A stretch of DNA of 64,000 nt from Paramecium tetraurelia (lineage: Eukaryota): NCBI GenBank assembly GCA_000165425.1, contig CT867986.1:62001-126000 (forward strand), read 5' to 3'. A program made the position numbers and the translations under genes. The notes under the pieces are model-generated. The model had not been told where the DNA came from. It made no database searches and worked only from the letters and a program-made list of their open reading frames with translations. Positions 19,656 through 33,414 of the stretch are shown piece by piece; the stretch's first letter is position 1, and every line of letters begins with the position of its first letter.

Positions 19656-21112
19656 TCATTTCGAAATCTTATCATCCTAGAGGTGAAGCTCTATTTCTCT
19701 TAAGTCCATTGGGAATTAATTCTACTATTCATGATCTGTGCATTGTTGATTTATAATCTTATAATTAGTGTAATAGATGCACCATTGTTATTCAAAGATT
19801 TTACGTTTAGGTGTAAATATTAATATGATGGGGATATTTACTAACTATATTACGCATAGAATTATGGATATCGCCATCAAAGGCACAGAATTAGCTTGAG
19901 TTGATATCAAAGCTATTAAAATTATATTCCAAATCCAAGTAAATACCGTTATTTTATTGATAAATTTATCATACCCTTCCAATTGTTCTTCCATCTATCC
20001 TTTCCATAAGGCAACAAAATGACGACACAAGAATATTTTAAAATGGATAACACATTGACTTACAATCAATATGAACACCACATATATTGAAATCAAGATA
20101 ATGGCTATGATTGTTATTGGGATATATTATATCCAATGAGTAACCATTTTAAACATTCCTTTAATCATTTGGTAGAAATGGTTATGGATTTTATTAAATA
20201 GACTCCAAATTAGAAACAATAATCCAACAAGCACAGATGTAAGTGTGATAATAAGACTGTTGCAAGAGATCATGAACACATATAGAGTAAAGGACAATAT
20301 GAAATTGATGATCCTCTTCTTTCTTGAAGGCTTTCTGATATTTGACTCAATAGATTGCTAATCCATAATTAAGAGTATGGCAAGTAGTAAGATTGATGAA
20401 AATATACAAGCAAATTAAAATATGGTAGTTATAAATGCTATCCAAAAAGACTCACTGATAAAATTGGGGTATTAAAAAGTGATGATTGCCATATCATTTA
20501 TTATAGTTTGAGTACTTACATATAAATCAACTTATTCTTCCTTGATTTCTGTGTCAAGAGGCAGACAGAACCATGAAGGCAATTTAATTTCATTTCCCAT
20601 ATCATAATATTTGTATGGAAGTGGATACTCTACAATTGATGCATCATATTAATTTGACTAACACCCAATACCAATTGAATCGTCGCTCAAATTAAATATC
20701 AAGGTTGCATAATCTTCATTAAAAAATTAACTAGTATTCCTCTCTATTAGTATTCCTGTTTGGGATTCAAATGGTATTAAGACATTTTCAAATATTTGGA
20801 GATATATTATAATAAAAATGGGCCACCAAATGAGCATAAAGGTCAGTAAAATTAAGGTTATACAAAAATCTTCTTCACTGTCTGATTAAGTCTAAGGTAT
20901 AAATTTTAATATAATACTTATTTCTAATTAGCTACGCTCACATAAAACATACTAAATAATATTACAGATACTACAAATATGGGACTTAAATATAAGGACC
21001 AGACCCAATGAGGAGAGACATTCAAATATAAATGCGCACACACACTGTAATAAGCAGTTAATGAGATTAAGCATATTAGTAAACTTCTGAAATGAAATTT
21101 ATATTGTTTCAT
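19656..21112 (-). CDS. Hypothetical multipass membrane protein
   Basis: Long ciliate-code ORF with several hydrophobic segments at the N-terminus and in the C-terminal half. No family recognised. Confidence 0.55.
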
Positions 21113-21260
21113 TTCTTATTTAATTTTGATTTTTAATATGGCTTTTGTAAAGTAAGAAAATAATTCAAAAAGGAGAAATTGAAGTCCATTTGTAATAGCG
21201 AATAATTGAACATTAATAAATATATGACCATAATTAAATAATATATATATTAAAATAAAA

Positions 21261-22430
21261 ATGTATTAAATCTTTAGAACAATCAAGATGATGAGCCAAA
21301 TAATCAGACCCATGAGATTTTGCGCACCCATAGTGGCTACCAATAATTACTTAAATTTATATAATCTGAATCAGTTTTATATGTCCCTTTTAATTGACAC
21401 CAATGAAGAGGATGAAGAAGTAATGTAAGTAAAACAAGAACCCAATATTCGTAGGTCAATTAAGAAAGAGAAATGTGTCGTCCAAAATTGATCATTTGAA
21501 TTATTAATAAATAATTTATGCAAACATCTCTTAAATCTGAATCCGAATCCTTTATGAGGATTAAATCTAATTGCTTCTATTTTTACTATTATACAAGACT
21601 TCCATCCAAGCTCATTTTTCATATGGATATTCATTTTTTAATTACCTCTATAAATTATATGTATGATCTCCCATAAAGAATACAATTAGTAATCTTAAGA
21701 AAAAGCTCACTCGAACCAAATAGTTTGGATATTTAATAAATCACTCAATTACTATATTACTCTATTCCTTTTTCAATTTGTCTTAATTTTATTAACAATT
21801 GCAAAGAGTCTAAATTATTTATATTAATACTTTGCTTGTTTTCTTTAGAACTGGATAAATTCTATATTTTAATATCCTTTTGATTAATTGAATTTTAATT
21901 TCATCAGATAAATAAGTCCTAAGTAACTATAATTATTATAAAATTTTTAAGCAACTACTATATGATTATAATTCAATAAATACTTTTTACAATGACATCA
22001 AATATCATTCTCTGATCATTCAATAGAGATTTCAAAATTCTTAACTATTAATAATGGTTCATCGATAACAAAAGTCTTAAATAAATGAAAAAATTTTGTT
22101 AAGATTTGTGTCTCTACTCTTAATCTATTTTTCTATTATTTAAGTATTTGGATAAGAATCCAATTAATATGCCTTTAATACTTGCAGGATCCAATAGCTG
22201 AAAACATATATATTATAAGTTCTTGTGCCAGAATTGAACTATCTTAATCTTTTCTAATAAAACAGAAATAGGTAGCAAATTAATCACATTTTCATCTCCA
22301 TCATTTGATGAAATATCTTAGAATTCCTCATATTTAGATCTTTTTTGTAACCATTTAAGTAAGTCTTTTTTAATGGATAGGAACGTATTATATACTCCAA
22401 AACATTCAAATAAATAAGGTTTAAAATTGA
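21261..22430 (+). CDS. Hypothetical protein, possibly mitochondrial-targeted; end approximate
   Basis: MYQIFRTIKMMSQIIRPMRF... has a basic, acid-free N-terminus, followed by helical-looking coding sequence with tiny introns. Confidence 0.4.
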
Positions 22431-22456
22431 ATAATTTTATAAAAAATATTACAATT

Positions 22457-25400
22457 TCAAATGTTTTATTCCAATATTACTGTTCTTATATAATTATTTA
22501 TAGTTCTAATTTTAGCTATTTCATCGATTGGAATGAAGGTTAACAAGCATTTAGTTGACCAAATCTACTTTATTTATAAAAAATACTTCTCTATTTAATT
22601 TCCTTAAGAAGGGATTCCAACAAAATAACACTGCTAATATCAGTGTTAATAAGAAGAAAATCATTAGTATTAGTTGCTGAACAATATAATTTTCTTGATC
22701 ATTTGTAACAACCTCTAAGTATTCATTCTTTAATAGTGCAAACGCCTCTTTAAGAACCTAAAATTACATATCGTCTAGAGTATAAAAATGTATAATTACT
22801 GATTTCAAAGCTTTCAGGAGTATTGAGTAAATTAAGCAGTTTATTTTTCTTTGGATCAGCAGATAGTAGTAGGAGTGTGTAATTAGACCAAGGGAATTCA
22901 AATGAGTCATTTGATATGAGATTCTAATAGGTATTATATAGTTTTCGAATGTTTTGAAAATGCCTCGAGACTGCTGTCATCAATCCATGATCTAAAATTC
23001 CATTAGCAAAAGATTCACATGTAATTTCTGTAAAAGTAATTGTTGTGCATAGATTATCAAACATAATAGAATTGTAATAATCAATATAAGAAATATCATT
23101 GTATTCTACATTGATTGCATGTAATCTCTGATACAGAGTGTCAATCTCATAGACACTATTAATCAACTGAACCATAGTTTTGTTGCTGTCTTGATTCATT
23201 AAATAGATGTCGTCATTGTAAATGTATTATTTAAGTGAATTAACCAAAATAGAATAATAACTAGAACTTAAGGATGTTTGATTGAATTCATTCAAGATAT
23301 TAATCTTTTGATCGGCATTATTCTAATCTAAGAAATAGATCATGATAAAGTATGATTCTATTATCGATGCTATAAATATCATCTTCATAAAAAATCCCAT
23401 GTGTTTATTCTCATTATTCTTGAATCTCTTTCTCTTTCTGCCCAGAAGTGATACAGGTTCATCATTCCCTTTATCTTCAATAATATCGATTTCACTCAAG
23501 ACTTCATCATCCTCATTTGAAGATATTTAAGATAGAAAGTTTTCACATTTAGAGTAAAATAATTTAGCTGTTTTTTCTGGAATATCCAAAAATATGCTTA
23601 ATATTTCTTATCTTTTGTCCAAAGTGCTGGTAAGTATGCAGGTCAGGACAATCGAGGATGTGAATGTTAAACAAGCAGATAATATAAGAATCACTAAAAT
23701 ATCAGAGTATAATTTATTAGTTTTTTCGTTGGATAAATCTATGGTATTCATATACATTTCTAATAGAGCACGGATGAAATCATTCAATGAATTGTAGCTC
23801 ACATAATAATAATCTATTTAATTTTCATTCAATTGTGAGTATGCTTATTGAATGTTAAGGGATTTACTTACAATTTGCTAACTCGCCTATTCTAAAGTAC
23901 TTTTTTCTTCTCCTGATTGAGTATTCATCATTACATCAGAATTGAATGAAATCTTCATAAAGATGTCCTTACTCATTGAATCAAATTGCAAAATACTTTG
24001 GTTCAAATTAAATAGAAGTTTATCCTAATTATAATACGATAATCCAAGATTCAATAACATTAATTCTCTTGAATACAATACAATCTCGTTTAGATGTATT
24101 ATCATATCAGATTATTTGATAATCATATTCCAATTAGAATTCTAATTGTTGATTTCTTCTCTCTCAAAGACATTGTTCAATATACATAAGATAATCAGTA
24201 GGATTGTAAGTAGAAATGATATGTAATACAACCATCTGATAGTTTTACTTTCACTTTATGCATTTAAAGTCTCTTATAATTCTTTAGAAGATCTAAAATA
24301 TCCAGATTCATTTGGTTCATCATTCTCTTGATTCTATTGTTCTTCTCTCTTGATTTGAATTTCCTCATAACTTTCCATATCTGCATCAGATTAAAACTTT
24401 TCTATATCATAAATCACACCCTCAAACAATCTCATTACCCTGATACCTTAAGAGTAATCAATAATATCCTCATTCTTTTCAACCTCTTTACTTTTCAGAT
24501 CATACTCTTAATTAGTAAACATACTCTAATCTTGAATATGAGTGATCATTTCACTGTAATTAGCATCAGTAAATTCTCCATAGAAATGCATTCCAGTTTG
24601 TTGAAATTGTAATCTAAATGAGAAGTTTTAATTCTTAGATAATTTCTTCTGAAATTACTTAATATTTGAAGATGACAAGTCAACCTATCTTTCAATTTTA
24701 ACTTAATATCCAGCTAAACCTTATTCATTTTCTGAACTTTTCATAATTAAGAAATTAATATCCAAAATGGACACACTCAATCTAATAGTTGTATCTGATG
24801 CTCCAAATGCAATATGATCATCTAAGACTTTTGGTAATATAAAATCAATCGACTTTCCTTATTTCAATTTAAAATCACCATAACATTCCTTGATTTCAGG
24901 AAACAAATCAAAAAGATGAATTTCTTGAATTGATAATGATTTTACATCCAACCCCAATAAATTTATACAACCTCCTGAAATATCTTCAACCACATATTCC
25001 TTATTACAAACCAAATAAGCTGCATCCTTAATTCTCTTTTCTTTTTTGAATGTACCCACAAACTCTACTCCTTCTTTCAATACATGATAAACAGGTCGTA
25101 ATAACACATTTATCCCTTACAAGTATCCATTCTTATGCTTTCCTAATAACAATCTTTCTTTATTCAATAGAGTAGCCTCATTTGTATCCAAGAATCTTCT
25201 TAAAAAGTCATCATGATGTTTTGCATATAATGAAGGCATAATATTATTGACTTTCTTATTCATAAGTTCATTTTTATCGAATCCCAATAATGAAGCTGCA
25301 GCCATGTTAATCGCATAGATCTAACCAAACTTCTCTTCTTCCAATGAAATAAAAACACAACCATCTTCTTATCCATCAACATTCAAATTTGATGTCATTC

Positions 25401-27258
25401 CTAATTTAAAGGCTTTTCTTTGTGCAAATGAACTTTCGATTTTCCTGGCTTGTTCAAGTAAATCAAACCCTGATATTCTATCATTAAAAATCTCAATTAA
25501 ATATTTAGAATATAATCTTAATGCCTATGGTAATTATTGATTTTAGATTCTCTAAAGTCTTTTCCAAGTTGTATCAACATACATTCTAATTGGAAACAAC
25601 TTTGATCCAATTTCATATAACTTTACCAAATCAGGCTTCTCATCTGCAAATTAAGACCAGAACTCCATCAATAAACTTACACTTCTTTCCATAGCTTATT
25701 TAAAAGATCCAAATTTCTCATCAAAATCTCTTTATTCAGTAAAATCTTACCCATCCCCACTTAATTCAGATATCTCAGCCTCTATCACACTTTTTATATA
25801 AAATAAGATATATTTTTCATCTATTGATGTTTTCAGCTTTTCGATATTACTTAATTCCTCTAAAGCCTAAGGTTTGGACTTCAAAATTCTTAGAGTAAAC
25901 AGAGCATATTCTATTCGAATAAAGACATCAGTAGGAAATTTCCCTATTCCCATAATGAAAAGTTTAGTCATTGTATCATAAACGAGTTAGTGTCTCTTGT
26001 CTGTTTTACTAACCAATTCATTTTTTGCTTTGAACATATTTAAGGAGAATTTCACTTTCTTTAATGGACATAGTGGATTTGGACAAGTTTAATTGTGAAA
26101 TTCAATGTAACCGTTTAGTAATTAACCTTAAGGTAATCTTTTTTTATCATATTCCACTAATTTGATGACTTCATGCACATGATTCACCAATTACACAGGA
26201 TTATCAAACTTATTTACATAAATCATCAAACACTATTCCCTCTTCTATTATTATAATAACTGTATCATGAACACAAAGGGCAAGCAAAACAGCCATGTAT
26301 ACAAAGAACCGACCATTATTCTCTTCTCCACTAAATTAGATATACATAACATAAGGGATGCCCACATTTCTAAAGTAAGATATGTTAAAAATAACTTCTA
26401 CATAATTCTATTATTATATGCGTCATTTTTCTTGGCATACAAAAAACAAACCACGGATCCAATTAATTAATAAACCTCAAAAAAAACCTAGGAGTTCTCA
26501 TTATGTGGTAACATAGATAGCAATACTACTATACCAAAATGGATTGAGGTCAAGGCTGTGCATCTTCCATTTCTCTTTGATAGTGCTTTCTCTTAGTCAA
26601 AGGTGCCATCAAATAATAAAAGACTAACTGATGAGCACATCAGGAATAGTATTATCAAACCAATTATCGAAAGTATTTAATCTATGACAAATAATCCTTA
26701 CCAACATTTTTAATTTGGAAAATGATCCATGTATCCATTTGTACAACTAATTGAGAACTACATTAGCTTAATAATACTATTACAGTAAACAAGAAGAGCA
26801 CAGGTATATAGAGTATAGTACTGAATACATATGTCATGTATTTTAAAATGTTGATTAATAATTAAACCGGATCTTTCTAGTTCAATATGAAGATAATTGA
26901 TGTTAAAAACAAGAACACCCAAAAACATAGCAATGCAATAGAAACATAAATTAATATTTGTACTGCACTATAATCCTAATTCAACAAATAATGAGTAAAA
27001 TTAAAATATCCAAAGATATCAGTCAAGATATCTGCATTATTTTCCGACCAAACTGAAACAATCTCTATACAATATTGTATATACCATATGATGGAATTTG
27101 AAATAATGAATTTGCATCAGAGTGATCAACATGGTTGTACTATGCACAATGATCGATTAGTTTTAATCCCGAATCATCAAATATATTAGTCGATATAATG
27201 AATGTTAAGTATTGGTTTCCAATGATTTATCTGTCAGATTTTTTCCTTCCTCTGACAT
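22457..27258 (-). CDS. TmcB/TmcC-like (tiny macrocysts) large PAS-domain membrane protein
   Basis: N-terminal multi-TM region, then a helical region (EFWSQFADEKPDL), then PAS (INMAAASLLGFDKNELMNKKVNNIMPSLYAKHHDDFLRRFL...KHKNGYL), then further TM segments. The C-terminal KCLLTFIPIDEI fits this family. Confidence 0.8.
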
Positions 27259-27299
27259 TAATATAAAATAAATAAATTATAAATTGATATAAAATTAAC

Positions 27300-27965
27300 C
27301 AAAAGTTCATTAAAATGATATCGATCTTTCAGGTATTACATTCTATGAAAGTATCTAATCAGGCAAAGTTTTTAATATCCTTTCCCTCAATTTTCTTAAC
27401 GGTACTTTTGGATAAATGTATTTATCCTGAAATAGTTACTTATTTTACGGCCTATAATACTTCTCAATATTTTATAGTAATTCAATCATAGAAAGATCCA
27501 CTTTTTTAGTATGCATCAATATTTATAAAAAATTACTTAATTAACTATGATTATTTCTAGTAAACTCTCTCAAATAATCATAAACTGGTATCTATATTAC
27601 TTCTGGCTATGAAAGAGTCATTAATTTCATCTCTTTAATTAAATCACATTATTGTTCAATTTCTTCTTGTTGTAATTTTATTGTAATCATTATTTTTTAG
27701 TATTTTGTTAAAAGTTGCATGTACTTGTAACAAACCTCATCATATTTTAATTATAGTTATTTCACATGATGCTGCAATTCTTTGTAATCATGAGCACTTG
27801 AAATCATCTTATAAAATACATGGCTGTATTAGGTTTCTCAATTACTATAGTATTGCTAATTGGTGCTACATTCATAGCTCTATATATCTTCTTGTCTAAA
27901 TATTAGAAACAACTTTAAATATTGTCATGCAACTGCTTGATATCAAAATCTTTCAAATCACTCAT
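27300..27965 (-). CDS. Hypothetical coiled-coil protein; 3' end uncertain
   Basis: MSDLKDFDIKQLHDNIQSCF... stays open for about 200 codons after removing a 23-nt GT..AG intron near 27800-27826. Confidence 0.45.
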
Positions 27966-28808
27966 TATCTTTCAATTATATAAATATATAATAATCACAA
28001 TAAATTTAATTGCAAAATATAAAGTATGTAAAATAATTATAAATTATTGCATTTTATATTATCTAATGTTAACTTTTAAAGATTGAAATCTTGAATTTCT
28101 TCTTTCTTTATTAAGTGATTAATATTAAAATTATCACATAAATCTCCAAAAACAACGATATAGAAAATAAACAACCTTCAATTTATGTTTAGTATTCTTA
28201 ATGATTTGAAATCAAAGAGATATATATATCAGTTGAGATTGACTTATTTTTTGCTTATTTACCTGAGCCTTGAATTATTTAATTAAATTACCTTATTGCC
28301 TTTTCTTCAATAATTAATTTTGGTTAATTCTGTTGAGTTTTAAAGAATTTAAATTAATGCAAAAAAATTCATTAACAATTTATTTAATTACATGTTTTGC
28401 ATCTTCTTTAAGGAGTGTATTATAAGTTAGGACCCTTTTAGCCACAATTTATAAAAAGAGAAATTTTAACTTGATTTAAAAAACAAGACTATATCTAATA
28501 TTGAGAATATTTTTGATGAATTCTTTCTTAATTTTCATTATTATCTCAAATTAACTTGTATTCTCAAATGACGTTCATGTTGTGAAATCTATTGAATTAA
28601 TTCTTTTAAATATACACTTATAATCAACTTTTTCATGAATTTAACAATTGTTATGATATTATATTATTTTTTAACAGTGATACGTAATCTAATTTTACAA
28701 AATCTGTTATTGATTCTTATTAAAGATGTTCTAATTGTATATAATTCAAAATAATGATAATAATTATAGATAAAAATTTACTAAATCTAAATATGTATTT
28801 AAACATCA

Positions 28809-29357
28809 TCATGATAATAATCCTGGACCCTTGGTTTCATTACTTTTATAATAAAGGAAGGCTGAAAAACTTGTGGTAGCTACTGCAATAAATTCAAATA
28901 TTATTGGAATCCAACATAAACTCCAATCATTTCCTTTTGTTGTTAAATACAAAATAGGAATGATCAATATTAATGCCCATGCGAGGAATAGGAATACCAA
29001 TTGAATTATCCAAATATGATATTTTTTAATAATTCTACTTATTATGGATTCCCCGAATGAAAATATCAGAACTAATCCAATAAATCCCAAGGCAAATCCC
29101 CCTAAATAAGGAGTCGTTTTAACAGTGTTGCAAAATCCATCACCGTTGCAGCTTTTGATATCTTAATAACAATCAATTCCTTCTGAAGATGATGTGTGCA
29201 ATCTTGCAGAAAATGTGTAGTAAGCTTTTGACTTAGTATTAGCTAAGCTTTTGTACTCACCAACATTAAAAAAGAAGCAAAATACAATCAGCACTAATCC
29301 TATGGTTAGGAAAAGTGCCTTAAACAAACCCTGATTACGATAGATGTCACTCAGCAT
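28809..29357 (-). CDS. Small four-TM membrane protein with claudin/PMP22-like topology
   Basis: The two track ORFs join through TAA=Gln into one intronless 182-aa ORF. It has four hydrophobic segments and a Cys-containing first loop (DCYQDIKSCNGDGFC). Confidence 0.7.
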
Positions 29358-30042
29358 TGTATTATTTATACTATTTATATTAATGTAAATTTATTTATTC
29401 CAGATTAAATCTTGTGTTGTCGATTCCATATTATACTTGCTCGTAGACATAGAATAATAATTTTGTAATAAATAGTGAATAAGCACAATATAGACTTTGA
29501 ATTCTATCAATAATATTGTGATCCAAATGTTTTTTCCAAATTTGGTGGAGTATATATAAAAAGTATATATTTAAAATAACATTGTGTTAGCTAATTAAGG
29601 TAAATTATTAATTTTGAATTAACTCCTTAACTTCATGTACTAACATTTTAAATAAGGTGGTAGCTCCTAAAATTTTATATTAACTTGATAACTCATTAAC
29701 AGTGGTATCTTTAGCAATTAGAAGGAGACCATTTAAGTAAATACCTAAACTTCACGTTTATTTTCTGAAAAACAAAACAATATTTATAAAAACATGGCTT
29801 AATTACATATAGTTTATTTTTGATTATCAACTATTAAATTATTTAATGGAACTATTATAAATTTGTTAAATTTATCACTCAATAATTAGTTTTAGTGATA
29901 AAGAATAGCCATCCTAGACATTGATTTAATCAATATCGCAATATAATTAATTCTATATTCGGTTTGAATTTATGATAAATGTTATTCATTCATCTAATAA
30001 TAGTAAAATAATAATGATATTTTTTAAAGAATATAAAAATTA

Positions 30043-31545
30043 ATGAAAGGAAAATCGAAGGATTAATTATCAGCAAATATGTAACTATATTTTATATGAA
30101 AGAGAACATATTGCTTAAATGAAACAGTAAAATCAAACTTTGCAAGAAGAGTTATAATAAGATGGAAAAAATAACGATTTTGAGAAAATGAATACTTTGC
30201 AGGATGAATGTGCATAATATGCCAAAAAAATAGAAGTTGAAAGTAAGAAATAGGTAAATCTGAATTTAATAAAAGAGAGATTTAGAACAGTTAATTCAGA
30301 ATGCTGAATAACAGTTGCAAGATCATAGAAAAAAAATGAGTAATTCAGATGGAATATAGTTACCTAGTTTAATTAAGAAATAAAAAACTTTAGAAAGGTA
30401 CATGCTTATTCTACATTTAGTTAATTAGAACAAATTAAACTGAAGCATAATGAATCATTAGCAGAAATCAATCAATTAATGGAATAAATAAATACTGCCA
30501 GAAGGGAAAGGGTCATTTATAGTAATGTTTTTAAGAAACTTGAGAGTGATATTAGAGCAAAAGAAGAAGAATTTAAAAAATAATTATTGATTAGAAAGCA
30601 AATAGAACATGAATTAAACCAGTGTTAGGAGTAATTTGATAAAATGAAAGAGTAATTGAATATGTAATTCATTATAGATAAGCTACTCAAGTTGTAGATT
30701 CTAATAAATAAGAATATACTTAAATATTAAAAACCAATAGATTAGATGAAACAGTAGAATAATCACCAAAAAATTAATAATAATAATAATAATAGCAGCA
30801 ATAAGCAAAGCAAGAGAGTAAATCTTAATAAATAAAAGAATCCTAATAACCTAAATAATAGATATAAATGCAGAAGGATGTTGAAGATGTAACGAATTAT
30901 GAATTGATGTTTGAGAAACTAAAAAAAGAAACAGGATTAAATTCCATTGAGGAAATTATTCATACATTTAGAACGATTGAAGATACAAATAATGAATTGT
31001 TTAAGTAAGCAAACGTTTTGAGTGATTAGATTGATTCTGAAGAAATGTAAATTGAAGTACTTCAGAAATCAATTTCATAATATACTAAAAACCAATAGAA
31101 GGAAGATAATGAATTTGAAGATGAAAAATTTAAATTTGCTTAATAATTAGAGAGAAGTGAGAAATTGGATAAAGATATTTAATAAGCTGAAAACGAAATC
31201 AAAGAATATGAGAGAGAACTATTGGAGATAGCAAATAAGTTATAAATCAAATATGATCCAAATTCAGAGGTTACTTTAATGTAATTAGTTGAATAAAGAG
31301 CTTATGAACTTGTTGATTTATGTAGATACTATGATAATCATAATTACACTATTGATTCAAAGAAAAACGATCAAGAGAGTACAGTTTCTAATTAGGATGA
31401 TTAAACTATGAAAGATTTACTGGATGGAGTTGAGAATGAGAAGGAGGCTGAAAAGATTATGAGCAAAGATGATTTTAAGAAGATTGGATCATAAGAATTA
31501 TAATAGTTTTAGAAGAAGAACATAAGTAAGAAAAAGAGAGAATGA
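30043..31545 (+). CDS. Outer dynein arm docking complex subunit-like (DC2/CCDC63/CCDC114 family) coiled-coil protein
   Basis: QLEQIKLKHNESLAEINQLMEQINTARRERVIYSNVFKKLE and YELMFEKLKKETGLNSIEEIIHTFRTIEDTNNELF resemble ODA-DC2. Several tiny introns. Confidence 0.7.
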
Positions 31546-31571
31546 TTTATAATTAATAATCATAAATAATT

Positions 31572-33414
31572 ATGAAATAAAAAGTTAAGGAAATTATCAA
31601 ATATTTGAAAGAATTCTAAATCCCTACTATTTCAAGCGAGTTTGCTCTTAGCGAAGCTGAAAGAGCTAACCTTTACTTTTACTTAACATCTCAGGAAATG
31701 GAGAGTTAAAAATAGTAAATAGAGGAGAAATTGCCAGAAGAAATCAAATTAAAAAAAGTGAAAATATATTAAGTTTATGATTCTATTGATGCTATTCAAA
31801 ATTTCAATTCTTTTGATTTCAAACAAGAAGAAAGAAATATTAAGGAAGATGAGATCTAAATAATATCTAATAGAGATCAGAATATCAAATTTAATTCTTT
31901 GAATGAAATCAAATAATTTTTGAAACAATACTATGATCAAAAGTAACACTAAATTTAAAGTGATGAAATTTAATAAATCGATCTGATAACTGATTATATA
32001 AAGTCTGAATATTTAATTTCAAGAACCAAATTGTGATATACAATCAATAATAGATATCTTTTTGAGTATTCTTTATAAAGAAATCGAATAGAATTATCAA
32101 AAAAGATATGATTATTATTTAGATACATTTTGTATGTTGATTAAATAAAAAATTTCATTCTTGATGTCTAATTAAAGTACTTAAAATATCACAGAGAAAC
32201 TAATAAACTCTGTTCCTTAATTTAGAGTGTCTTTAATTGATTTAGTAAAGGAATTTACTGAATAAGCACTCTTAAAATAGAATGAGAAGATGTACTCAAT
32301 ATATTTTACTTAATTACGAGATTTAGTATTTAAATTTTTGAATGAAGATCACCCATTATAATTTGAAAGTTTCAGATTGCTATTAAGAATTAATCATTCA
32401 ACAATTTTAGAATTTGTTAAATAGGCAAATCCCTTGATTTTTAACAAAAAGAAGCCAGAAATCAAAGATTTCATATTTGAAGAAACCCAATAAAAAATAA
32501 ATTAGTTATCTACAATGAATGATTGCCAATAACAATTAACATTCATGTTCTATATTGGAATTTGTTAGTAAAATCATAATCGCCATTGTAAGATCCTAGC
32601 CAAATTATTATAAGACTGTCAATAAAACTATCCTCAGCATCTCGATGCCATTTATGCAAACTTACTGAAAATAAAAAACAACAGTAACATGGGCGTTAAA
32701 TAGATTATTGAATTTATAGGTTTGAGTGTAAGCAATCCTGATGCATTGCACTAAAAGTTCTTGGATTTATTTGTGGAGTTTGCCTTAGAATATCCAAAAT
32801 CAGAAGAGTTCGCTTAGGATATGTTTAGAGTTTATTTATATCGCTATTTTATTCAACAGATAGAAGGAGATGCAAATATAATTAATAAGATTCTTTAATA
32901 AACCTTTGATTAATTGAAAATAGATTTCATGATCAAGACTATTGAAAAGGTACCAACAGAGAGACTTAGTCAAATGATATTAAGAAGATCGAATTTTGAT
33001 TTGTATCAGTATATATTAAAGGATGAAAGCAAAGCATTAGCAGTTTTTATGATTAAATTGTTTTTATAGAAGGATTAACAATAATTAAAAAGCAATAAAT
33101 ATGAATTATTGAAGTTATTTCAGGATTAGGTTTGTGAATATGAACATACTAAGGATATTTTGAACTTTTTGTTCTAAGAACAGAACAAATCATATAATGG
33201 ATTGATCACTACATTTATTATGAATTGCTTAAAGAGAAAGAAATCTAATAACATGTAAGAGGAAATTAAGTTTATCTTATCAAAAAGCTTTTATTTTGAA
33301 GATGAAAATATTATCAAAAGTGTGGAGTTTTATAGGTAAATGTATCCAGACTAGTATTAATAATTACTTGATGATTCAACCAGACTTCGATTAAGGGACA
33401 AAAGATTATTATGA
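31572..33414 (+). CDS. Hypothetical alpha-helical protein of about 610 aa with an apparent +1 frameshift near 32019
   Basis: Open from ATG 31572 to TGA 32034. A second long frame (+1) runs from about 31987 to TGA 33412-33414. Confidence 0.55.
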
